From an uncultured delta proteobacterium (GTDB lineage Bacteria > Myxococcota > UBA727 > VGSZ01), in NCBI GenBank assembly GCA_963775425.1, contig CAVZJB010000018.1, positions 32,001 to 96,000 of the forward strand: 64,000 nt of DNA. The letters are read 5' to 3'. The translations under genes were made by a program, and so were the position numbers. Positions within the stretch are counted from its first letter, which is position 1; every line of letters starts with the position of its first letter. Below are positions 1 through 8,300 of this stretch, one piece after another. Below the pieces are notes generated by a model that worked only from the letters and a program-made list of their open reading frames with translations, made no database searches and was not told the DNA's origin.

Positions 1-22
1 GGGTGATGTCCTTGACGGGCAT
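1..22 (-). CDS. Possible 5' end of a gene running off the left edge (MPVKDIT...)
   Basis: ATG at 22 on the minus strand with GGAGGT at 27-32; only 7 codons visible. Confidence 0.3.
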
Positions 23-113
23 GAAGACCTCCGCCCCCTCTATCGCCCGCGGGCGGGGTTTGGCGCAATGCGCTGCCGCACACCCGCGCGCGGGCGGTGC
101 TAGCTTCCCCGCC

Positions 114-1130
114 GTGATTCCCGGAGACGTCCTCGCGCGCTGGTCCCGCTTCGCCGGCGGCGCCGCCCGGCCCTTCGGGACGGGCCTGATCAACAAGACG
201 TTCCTGGTCGAAAAGGCCGGTGACCGCGGGATCTTCCAGCGGCTGCACCCGGTGTTCGCGGGGAGCGTCAACGAGGACATCGACGCGGTCACGCGCCACC
301 TGGCCAGCAAAGGCCTGGTGACCACGCGCGTGCTCGCCGCCGACGACGGCGCGTTGTTCGTCGAGCACGAAGGCGAGCTCTGGCGCGCGCTGAGCTTCGT
401 CGACGGCGTGAGCGTCGACCGCGTGGACAGCCCCGCCCGTGCCTTCGCCGGCGCCGCCCTGGTCGGGCGCTTCCACGCCGCGGTCGCCGACCTCGCGTGG
501 GATTACCGCCATGTCCGCGCCGGCGTCCACGACACGCGCGCGCACCTCGAGGCGCTCGCGCGGGCGCTCGAGGCGCACCGCGGTCACCGGCTGTTCTCCG
601 AGGTGGAGCCGCTCGCGCGGGAGCTGCTCGCGTCGCCGCTGCCGGACCTGTCGGCGCTGCCCGAGCGCCACGCCCACGGCGACCTCAAGATCTCGAACGT
701 GCTGTTCGACAAGGGAGGCGCGGGGCTGTGCCTCGTCGACCTCGACACCGTCGGCCGCATGATCTGGCCCTTCGAGATGGGCGACGCGCTGCGCTCGTGG
801 ACCAACCCGAGCGGCGAGGACGTCGTCGACGCCGAGGTCGACGTCGCCGTCTTCCGCGCCACCGTCGAGGGCTACGCCTCCACCGCCGCCGCGCTCGTGT
901 CGCCCGCGGAGAAGCGCGCCCTCGTCGAGGGCATGCGCACCATCTGCACCGAGCTCGCCGCGCGCTTCCTCGCCGACGCGCTCGTCGAGAGCTACTTCGG
1001 CTTCGACGACAAGCGCTTCGCCACCCGCGGCGAGCACAACCTCCTGCGCGCGCGCGGGCAGTGGGCGCTCGCCCGCTCCGTCGCCGGCAGCCAGGCGGAG
1101 CTCGAGCGCATCGTCGCCGCCGCGCTGTGA
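114..1130 (+). CDS. Aminoglycoside phosphotransferase (APH)-family kinase, possibly a sugar/N-acetylhexosamine kinase-like enzyme
   Basis: GLINKTF N-terminal loop, Brenner motif HGDLKISN and downstream DLD motif; GTG start at 114 chosen. Confidence 0.8.
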   Translation: MIPGDVLARWSRFAGGAARPFGTGLINKTFLVEKAGDRGIFQRLHPVFAGSVNEDIDAVTRHLASKGLVTTRVLAADDGALFVEHEGELWRALSFVDGVSVDRVDSPARAFAGAALVGRFHAAVADLAWDYRHVRAGVHDTRAHLEALARALEAHRGHRLFSEVEPLARELLASPLPDLSALPERHAHGDLKISNVLFDKGGAGLCLVDLDTVGRMIWPFEMGDALRSWTNPSGEDVVDAEVDVAVFRATVEGYASTAAALVSPAEKRALVEGMRTICTELAARFLADALVESYFGFDDKRFATRGEHNLLRARGQWALARSVAGSQAELERIVAAAL

Positions 1131-1134
1131 CCTC

Positions 1135-2862
1135 TCACCCGCGCTCGAGCACCACGAGCTCGACGCGCCGGTTCTTGTCGCGGCTCTTCGCGTCGACGCC
1201 GTGCACGAGCGGGCGCGAGCCGCCGTAGCCGACCGCCTCGATGCGCGCCTCGTCGACGCCGTGGGCGACGAGGTAGCGCTTGACCGCCGCCGCGCGCGCC
1301 TGGCTCGCGAGCAGGAGCTGCATGCGGCGCGCGCGGCTCGGCTCGGTGTGCGCCTCGACGCGCACCTTCTTGATCTCGCGGTGCGCGCGCAACAACGACG
1401 CCACGGCGTCGAGCGCCCGCGCGGCCTCGTCGTCGAGGACGGGCCTGCCGCGGCGGCGGCCCGCGAACGCGATGGGCGCGGCGACGTCGACGCGGCCGCC
1501 CGCGAGCGAAGCGGCGACGCCGCCGTCGTCGGGGCAGCCGTCGTCGTCGTCGACGCCGTTGTACGTCTCGGGCGCGCTCGGGCACCGGTCGGCGGCGTCG
1601 GCGAGGCCGTCTTCGTCCTCGTCGTCACCGGGGCAGCCGTCGCCGTCGACGACGCCGTCTTTGTCCTCGGCGACGTCGGGGCACGCGTCGTCGGCGTCGG
1701 CGATGCCGTCCTGGTCCCTGTCCTCGGCGACGCTGTAGGGGCAGCCGCCACCGTCGACGCGGCCGGGGGAGTCGGCGCACCGGTCGTCGACGTCGGCGAC
1801 GCCGTCGTGGTCGCCGTCGGGGCAGCCGCGCAGGGCGGCGGGTCCGGCGGCGGCGGGGCAGCGGTCGGCGGCGTCGAGGAGACCGTCGCCGTCACGGTCC
1901 GCCGGCGCGGCGACGGCCTCCGCCCGGGGCGCGGGCGGGGAGCGCCCGGGCACGAAGCGGACGCCGGCGAGCGCGCGGGCGAGCGGCGTGCCGGGCGCGC
2001 CGACGAGGGTGGTGCCGGCGGCGACGAAGACGTCGAGCGCGCCGAGGTGCGCGGTGACGCCGACGAGCGCCTCGCCGGGGTTGTCGCCCGCGGCAAGCGG
2101 CGTCGGGTAGACGACGAGCGCCTGGTTCACCGTGGCGGCGAGCTCGACGGGGCCGAAGCCCCAGGCCGCGCCCGCGCGCAGCGCGATCTCGTCTCCCTGC
2201 ACGACGTCGCCGAACACCGAGGGCCAGCGCGCGAGGAAGCCGGCGTCGGCGGCGACGCGCAGCGCGCCGAAGCGCAAGGACGCGTCGAGCTCCGGGGTGA
2301 GCGTGGGCAGGCCGTCGCCGATGTAGCGGTGGCGCGGGACGCTCGTCGGCAGCGTCACGTGGGCGGCGGCGGCGAGGTCGAAGGACGACGAGCGGACGAG
2401 CGCGAGCTTCGGGACGAGGCGCACGTCGTCGAGGCCGAAGGGGGCGATCGGGTCCTTGCCGGCGACGCCGGGGACGACGAGCGGGCCGCTCTGGAACACG
2501 ACGACCGGGAGCTCGGCGCCGAGGGACACGCCGTCCACGGGCGCCCACGACGCGAGCACGTGCGCGCTCACGCGATCGTCCACCAAAGCGGTGGTGCGGG
2601 CGCGGCCGCCCTCGGGCGAAAACGAGACCGTGAGCGGGTCAAGCGCGCCGTTCACGACGAGCGCGGCGTCGACGGCGCCGGCCGCGGGCAGCGCGCCGGA
2701 CTCCACGTCGAGGACGGCGCCTTCGTCGAGCCCCGGGCGCAGCCGCTCGACGTCGATGGAGCCCGCGCCCTGGCCCGCGAGCGCGTCGAGGACGCCGTCG
2801 GCCCGCGCCGGCCCCGCGAGCGCGGCGAGCGACACGACGGTGGCGAGCGTCGCGCCCCTCAC
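1135..2862 (-). CDS. OmpA-family outer membrane protein with thrombospondin type-3-like Ca-binding repeats
   Basis: Signal peptide, beta-barrel-like region, DxDGDG..D..DxCP repeats, C-terminal OmpA domain (SQARAAAVKRYL, GYG..RP, NRRVE); GTG start overlaps the upstream TGA. Confidence 0.85.
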   Translation of the reverse strand: MRGATLATVVSLAALAGPARADGVLDALAGQGAGSIDVERLRPGLDEGAVLDVESGALPAAGAVDAALVVNGALDPLTVSFSPEGGRARTTALVDDRVSAHVLASWAPVDGVSLGAELPVVVFQSGPLVVPGVAGKDPIAPFGLDDVRLVPKLALVRSSSFDLAAAAHVTLPTSVPRHRYIGDGLPTLTPELDASLRFGALRVAADAGFLARWPSVFGDVVQGDEIALRAGAAWGFGPVELAATVNQALVVYPTPLAAGDNPGEALVGVTAHLGALDVFVAAGTTLVGAPGTPLARALAGVRFVPGRSPPAPRAEAVAAPADRDGDGLLDAADRCPAAAGPAALRGCPDGDHDGVADVDDRCADSPGRVDGGGCPYSVAEDRDQDGIADADDACPDVAEDKDGVVDGDGCPGDDEDEDGLADAADRCPSAPETYNGVDDDDGCPDDGGVAASLAGGRVDVAAPIAFAGRRRGRPVLDDEAARALDAVASLLRAHREIKKVRVEAHTEPSRARRMQLLLASQARAAAVKRYLVAHGVDEARIEAVGYGGSRPLVHGVDAKSRDKNRRVELVVLERG

Positions 2863-4319
2863 GCCAGGCCCCCGTCGTCGTCGGGCGCGGCCTCGTCGTG
2901 GCGGGCGCGGCGCCGGCGGCGGCGGAGCATGCGCAACGCGAGCAAGGCGAAGGGCGAGCCGAACAGCCCGGCGCCCGCCGACGCGCAGTTCTGCGTGCCG
3001 CCGCCGAGCGCGGCGCGGTCGTCGACCCCGTCGCCGTTTTGGTCGACGAAGCCGTCGGCCCCGGGAGCGCCGTCGGCACCGTCTACACCGGGAGCGCCGT
3101 CGGCACCGTCTACACCGGGGGCGCCGTCGACGCCGTCGGCACCGTCTGCGCCGTCGGCACCGGGGGCACCGTCGGCACCGTCTGCGCCGTCGGCACCGGG
3201 GGCACCGTCGGCGCCGTTGCACACGAAGGCGCTGCTCGTGACCTCGCCGGCCGAGAGCGCGCCGTCGCCGTCGACGTCGCTGCCGCTGTCGACGCGCACG
3301 CCGCCCGCGGGGCAGTCCGCGTCTCCTTCGGGGAGCGGGACGACGTCGACGAGCGCGCCGCCGGGCGCGGGCGGCGGCGTGCTCGGGTCGGCGTCGCACA
3401 CGTCGGCGATGCCGTCGTTGTCGGCGTCGACGAGCGGCGCCGGGTCGAGCGTGGTGGCGCCCGCGCCGCCGTCGTCGACGTCGGCGCCGTTTTGCGACAG
3501 GCCGGCCTCGATCACCGTGTCGGCGCTCGTGCCGCTGATCGACACGGCCGTGTCGAAGCCGTTCAGGCTGCCGCGCAGGAGCGTCCCGGACGAGTCGACG
3601 ATCGACACGCCGACGCCGCCGGCCGCGCACAGGTCTCCCGCGTCGATCTCCACGTCGCTTGTCGACACGAGCTCGTACGCGACCGCGTACCCGGCGACGA
3701 CGTTGCCCGTGAGCACCTGGGGGCCCGCGAGCCCCGAGACGCGGATGGCCGTCCCCGCCGCCCGCGTCGACGCCACCGTGTTGCCGTCGACGGCGAGCGC
3801 GGCGCCCGGGGCGAGCGACACGTCGACGCCGGCCGACGAGCACTCCGCGAAGACGCTCGTGTCCACCTCGTCGTCACCGCCGACGTCGACGAGCTCGAGG
3901 CACGCCGCCGAGCCCGCGAAGCTGCTGTCGGCCACGACGACGTCGCCGCTGCCCGCGGAGAAGCGCGCGCCGGCGGCGGGGAAGCCGGAGACGTCGACGC
4001 CCGACAGGAGCACGACGTCGCTCGCGGTGACGTCGACGCCCACGCCGCCGGTGCCGAGCAGCGTGAGGTCGAAGACCGCGAGGCCGTCGGCGCCGGCGGC
4101 CACCAGGCCTTGCGCGCCGGCGTTCATGACATTCAGGCCGCCGTCGACGGCGACGTCGGCCGCCTCCACGCGCAAGACAAAGGGAGCCCCCGTGCAATCG
4201 AGGTCGGCGGTGTAGTCCACCTCCGTCTCGTCGACGTCGACGACGGTCCCGCACGGGGGATCGACGAGGACCTGCGACTGCGCGGGGACCGCGAGGGCGA
4301 AGAAGAGTGCGGGCAGCAT
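2859..4319 (-). CDS. Secreted surface protein: beta-helix-like region, collagen-like G-X-Y repeats, MYXO-CTERM-like anchor
   Basis: Signal peptide; CPAGG..DGDG.L...EV..VCNG module; GADGAPGADG repeats; C-terminal Cys, hydrophobic stretch and RRRRRR. Confidence 0.75.
   Translation of the reverse strand: MLPALFFALAVPAQSQVLVDPPCGTVVDVDETEVDYTADLDCTGAPFVLRVEAADVAVDGGLNVMNAGAQGLVAAGADGLAVFDLTLLGTGGVGVDVTASDVVLLSGVDVSGFPAAGARFSAGSGDVVVADSSFAGSAACLELVDVGGDDEVDTSVFAECSSAGVDVSLAPGAALAVDGNTVASTRAAGTAIRVSGLAGPQVLTGNVVAGYAVAYELVSTSDVEIDAGDLCAAGGVGVSIVDSSGTLLRGSLNGFDTAVSISGTSADTVIEAGLSQNGADVDDGGAGATTLDPAPLVDADNDGIADVCDADPSTPPPAPGGALVDVVPLPEGDADCPAGGVRVDSGSDVDGDGALSAGEVTSSAFVCNGADGAPGADGADGADGAPGADGADGADGVDGAPGVDGADGAPGVDGADGAPGADGFVDQNGDGVDDRAALGGGTQNCASAGAGLFGSPFALLALRMLRRRRRRARHDEAAPDDDGGLA
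3053..3215 (-). repeat. Collagen-like 9-bp-unit coding repeat (GAD/GAP/GVD)
   Basis: Tandem gccgtcggcacc-type units; limits approximate. Confidence 0.85.
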
Positions 4320-4378
4320 GACGGGGGCTACGAGGCCTGCCCCCGGCGGGTTCGCCGCCCGCCGTGCTCGCGGTCACC

Positions 4379-6184
4379 TCAACGGCGGCGGCGCCCGATG
4401 AGCCACAGGCCCGCCAACGCGAGCCCCAGGGAGAGCGGCGACGACGTCGACGAGGGGCCGCACTGGCAACCTCCGGCGTCGCCGCCGCCCTCGCCCTCGC
4501 CTTCGCCCTCGCCCTCGCCCTCGCTGCCGTCGTCGACGACGCAGGAGCCGAAGGGCGCGGCGCAGATGGCGGTGTCGCCGCGCGGCAGGCATTGGACGTC
4601 GCCGGCGCCGCAGGCGCGGCACGGGGTGCCGGCGGGGCACGCGCTCGGGTCGCAGGTGGGGTTGCCGGCGGGGACGCGGGCGATGCCGAGCGCGGCGCCG
4701 ACGCGGGTGGAGCACTTGAAGCCGGCGCCGCAGGAGAGCTGTTGGCCGAGCTCGCTGTCCTCGATGGCGCCGTTGCCGTTCTGGTCGAAATTCGGCGACG
4801 AACAAAACGCGAAGCAGACGCCGTCGTTGGAGTCCGTCGCGATGCTCACGCAGATGTCGCTGCCCGGCGCGCCGTCGGAGTCGTCGAACATCGACTGGTC
4901 GCAGTAGCGGCTGGCGTCGATGACGTTGCAGACGTTGGCCGGGTCGACGGTGTTGCCGTCGAGGGTGTGCTCGTCGGCGGCGGGGACGAGCGTGGCGCAG
5001 TGGCTCTCGGGCTTGTTGCAGAACGCGCCGGTGCCGCCGCCCACGAGGTTGAACACGGTGCAGACGAAGCCGCCGCCGGCGTCGCACGCGCCGGGGTCGC
5101 CGTCGCAGCGCACCTGGTTGCCCGCGCCGTCGATCTGGATCTCGGGGACACCCTGCACGGGCGCGGGCAGGCACTGCTCGCCGTTTTCACACTGCGGCGC
5201 GCCCGGGTCGCACGGCTCCTTGCAGCGCAGCGCGGTGACCTGTTGGTTCGTGATGTCCGCGATGGCGCAGGTGTCGCCCGCGGGGCAGGCGTCGTCGTCG
5301 CCGGCGGCCTCGCAGACGATGTCGCGCACGCCGGCGGGCGCGAGGCACGCGATGGCGGTGATGGTGAGGCTCGGCAGCGAGGTCTGCGTGAGGCACGCCG
5401 TGGCGTCGGGGCAGCTCACCGCCGGGTCTTCGTCGCGCTCGTCGCTGGTGATGGTGCCGTCGTCGTTGGCGTCGAGGACGCAGGGCACGCGGCAGAAGCC
5501 GATGTCGCCGTCGGCGCCCGGGGCCACGCAGACGAGGCCCGCGGCGCAGGTGCCCTGCCCGTTGAAGACGCCGATGTCGACGGCGCAGGCGTCGCCCTCG
5601 CCGGCCTCGCCTTCGCCCTCGCCTTCGCCTTCGCCTTCGCCTTCTCCTTCGCCTTCGCCTTCACCTTCGCCTTCGCCTTCGCCTTCGCCTTCTCCTTCTC
5701 CTTCTCCTTCGCCTTCGCCTTCGCCTTCACCTTCGCCTTCGCCTTCTCCTTCGCCTTCGCCTTCGCCTTCGCCTTCGCCTTCGCCGGCGCTCGCGGCGGC
5801 GACGTCGATGGCGAAGGTGACGGCGGTGGGGCCGTCGCCGGCGGTGTCGTCGGCGGAGAAGGTGGCGGTGAAGCTGCCGGCGTCCCCGGCGGCGGGGGTC
5901 CAGGTGAAGCTCTGGGTCACGGCGCCGGCGCCGGTGGCCGCCGGGAAGATCGTGTCGAGCGCGGGCGCCGACGCCGGGGTGGGATCGAGGCCCGTGAGCG
6001 TCACCGTGACGTCGGCGCCGTCGGCGTCGGTGGCCGTGACGTCGAAGGTGCACAGCGCGCCCTCGGTGCACGCGATGGGCGACGTCGTCGAAAAGTCGAC
6101 GGTGGGCGCGGTCTGCGCGCGCGCCGCCGTCGCGAGGGCGAGGAGGGCGGGGACGGCGAGGAGGGAGCGCGGGGAGAGCGTCAT
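4379..6184 (-). CDS. Cys-rich surface protein with Ig/cadherin-like N-terminal domain, (Gly-Glu)n tracts and MYXO-CTERM-like anchor
   Basis: Signal peptide MTLSPRSLL..; FTWTP Ig-like motif; many Cys; ends GGCQC..TM..RRRR. Confidence 0.8.
   Translation of the reverse strand: MTLSPRSLLAVPALLALATAARAQTAPTVDFSTTSPIACTEGALCTFDVTATDADGADVTVTLTGLDPTPASAPALDTIFPAATGAGAVTQSFTWTPAAGDAGSFTATFSADDTAGDGPTAVTFAIDVAAASAGEGEGEGEGEGEGEGEGEGEGEGEGEGEGEGEGEGEGEGEGEGEGEGEGEGEGEGEGEGEAGEGDACAVDIGVFNGQGTCAAGLVCVAPGADGDIGFCRVPCVLDANDDGTITSDERDEDPAVSCPDATACLTQTSLPSLTITAIACLAPAGVRDIVCEAAGDDDACPAGDTCAIADITNQQVTALRCKEPCDPGAPQCENGEQCLPAPVQGVPEIQIDGAGNQVRCDGDPGACDAGGGFVCTVFNLVGGGTGAFCNKPESHCATLVPAADEHTLDGNTVDPANVCNVIDASRYCDQSMFDDSDGAPGSDICVSIATDSNDGVCFAFCSSPNFDQNGNGAIEDSELGQQLSCGAGFKCSTRVGAALGIARVPAGNPTCDPSACPAGTPCRACGAGDVQCLPRGDTAICAAPFGSCVVDDGSEGEGEGEGEGEGGGDAGGCQCGPSSTSSPLSLGLALAGLWLIGRRRR
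5606..5785 (-). repeat. (Gly-Glu)30 hexanucleotide coding microsatellite
   Basis: 180 bp of (C/T)TC(G/T/A)CC units. Confidence 0.95.
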
Positions 6185-6275
6185 GGTGGGCTCCTTTGTA
6201 CCCCGCGCGGGGCTTCCTGCCACGGACCGGGCGCTCGAGGGCGAGCCCCCTGCTGGGTGCACGACGCTTCGCGCG

Positions 6276-7628
6276 TCACTCGAGCCGGTACAAGTCCACC
6301 GGCGCCCGGCGGCCGCGCACCGGCAAAGATCCCGCCGGCTTCACGTCCTTCACCGGCGCGGTCTTCTCCGCCGCCTCCAGCAGCTCGCGAGAGAACAAGA
6401 GCGGCACGCCCTGCTCCTTGGTCATGCTCTCGAGCCGGCTGGCCACGTTCACGACGTCACCGACGATGGTGTACTGCGCGTGGTCCCGCGTCCCGACGTT
6501 CCCCGCCACCACCGCGCCGTAGTGCACGCCGACGCCGTGGGCGAGCGGCGGCAGGCCGCGCGTCGCCCGCGCCTGGTTGTGGCGTGCCAACGCCCGCTGC
6601 ATCCCGCGCGCGGCCTCGAGCGCGCGCCACGCGTCGTCGGCCTTGCCCGCCGGCGCGCCGAACACGGCCATGATGCCGTCGCCGAGGTACTTGTCGACGA
6701 CGCCGCCCTCGTCGTCGATCACCCGCACCATGTCCTCGAGGTACGCGTTCAATTGGATCACGAGCTCCTCCGGCGGCAGCGACTCCGCCGTCGTCGTGAA
6801 CCCGCGCAGGTCCGAGAACAACACCGCCACCGGCTGGCGCTGCCCGCCGAGCACGATGTCGTCGCCGGCCAGCGCCTCCGCCGCGACCTCCTTGCCGAGG
6901 TACGCCCCGAGCCTCTCCCGCGCCCGCGCCGCGTCGATGGCCCGGCGCGCGCCGCGCAACGCCAGCGCGCGGGCGCGGTCGGCGTAGGCGACGCCGATGA
7001 GCGTCGCGGACACCAACAGCCCCACCTCGAAGGTCACGGCGTTGCTGCCGTACGCGAGCCGGTCGGCCCACCACAGCCGGTCGAGCAGCAGGAGCACGGC
7101 GAGCCCCGCGGCGTTCAGCGCCGCCGACAGCCACACGAAGCTGCGGTCGAGACGCAGGCCGCTCGCGGCCACCAGCACGCCGATGAAGTGGATGTAGGGC
7201 TGCGAGAGCACGCCGCGGTAGTCGGCGCCGGCCCAGATCTCCATCGTCAGGATGATCGCGAAGAACGCCACGGCGTCGACGACGGTGCCGGCGATGCGGG
7301 CGAGCAGCGTGTTTCGCCGCGTGGGCTCGAAGCGCGGGATGATCACCGCGGCCACCGTGGACCACGCCGCGGTCAGCGCCAGCAGCGCCATCACCACCGC
7401 CGCCTGCGTCTTCTGCGTCGACGTGCCGCCGGCGACGAGCTCGCGCAGCAGGAACAGGCCGCACACGATCGCGCGCACCACCGCGAAGCTCCGGCCGCCC
7501 TCGGCGGCGGCGCGCAGCGTGACGTCGTCGAGGATGGCGATGGCGCGCTCGGCGGCGGAGCCGGTGGAGGCGCGCGCGCGCCAACGCGCGTCGGTGCTCT
7601 CGGGTGCGGGCCGTTTCTGCGGGGACAT
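6276..7628 (-). CDS. Membrane-bound class III adenylate cyclase
   Basis: Several TM helices, then LFSDLRGFT, VDKYLGDGIMAVFG and YTIVGDVVNVASRLE; Lys/Thr specificity residues favour ATP. Confidence 0.9.
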   Translation of the reverse strand: MSPQKRPAPESTDARWRARASTGSAAERAIAILDDVTLRAAAEGGRSFAVVRAIVCGLFLLRELVAGGTSTQKTQAAVVMALLALTAAWSTVAAVIIPRFEPTRRNTLLARIAGTVVDAVAFFAIILTMEIWAGADYRGVLSQPYIHFIGVLVAASGLRLDRSFVWLSAALNAAGLAVLLLLDRLWWADRLAYGSNAVTFEVGLLVSATLIGVAYADRARALALRGARRAIDAARARERLGAYLGKEVAAEALAGDDIVLGGQRQPVAVLFSDLRGFTTTAESLPPEELVIQLNAYLEDMVRVIDDEGGVVDKYLGDGIMAVFGAPAGKADDAWRALEAARGMQRALARHNQARATRGLPPLAHGVGVHYGAVVAGNVGTRDHAQYTIVGDVVNVASRLESMTKEQGVPLLFSRELLEAAEKTAPVKDVKPAGSLPVRGRRAPVDLYRLE

Positions 7629-7630
7629 GA

Positions 7631-8203
7631 TCAGTGGATGGCCGGCCGCAACGGCAGCCGCGCGAGCACGTCGGCCTCGAGGGACGCGAAGAACGCCAGG
7701 CGCTCGTCGACGGGCGCGGTGCGCGCGGCCAGGTCGACGAAGAGGGCGTGGTGGTTGGCCTCCTCGCGCCACAGATCGTCGTACAGCGCGGCGAGCGCGC
7801 CGTCGCCGCGGGCGGCGAAGCCGTCGCGCAGGAGCTTGAGGCGCTCGCAGGACCGGGCCTCGATGAAGGCGCACACAAGCAAGCGATCCACGCGCTGCCC
7901 CTCCACGCCCGGGCGCGTGGCGCCGAGGAGCGCGTGGACGTAGGCGTCGCGCTCGGGGTGGCCGAGGGAGAAGCCGCGGGCGAGGCAGACCTCGACCATC
8001 CGCGCAAAGTGCGCGGACTCGTCGCGGGCGAGCGCCGAGAGGGCGCGCACGAGGACGGGGTCGTCGGGGTACTTGGAGACGAAGGAGAGCGCCGTGACCG
8101 CGGCCTTGTGCTCGCAGTGGGCGTGATCGACCAGCAGGCGGCCGACGTCGGCGAGGGCGACGTCGACGTAGCGCGGATCGGTCTCTGAGGCGAGTCGCAG
8201 CAT
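7631..8203 (-). CDS. miaE: tRNA-(ms2io6A) hydroxylase MiaE
   Basis: DHAHCEHKAA, DESAHF, IEARSCERL and EEANHH di-iron motifs. Confidence 0.88.
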   Translation of the reverse strand: MLRLASETDPRYVDVALADVGRLLVDHAHCEHKAAVTALSFVSKYPDDPVLVRALSALARDESAHFARMVEVCLARGFSLGHPERDAYVHALLGATRPGVEGQRVDRLLVCAFIEARSCERLKLLRDGFAARGDGALAALYDDLWREEANHHALFVDLAARTAPVDERLAFFASLEADVLARLPLRPAIH

Positions 8204-8300
8204 GTGAGATGCGTCGCCATCGTACACGGTCTGTCGGCCAATCGAGCCTCGCCGGTGCCCGGGAAATCGGCGGCGCCGGGGGGCGGGTGCTAGGCTCGCG

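Noticed and set aside
114-1130. APH-family gene as an antibiotic resistance determinant
   Set aside because: The motifs define only the superfamily, and there is no mobile context
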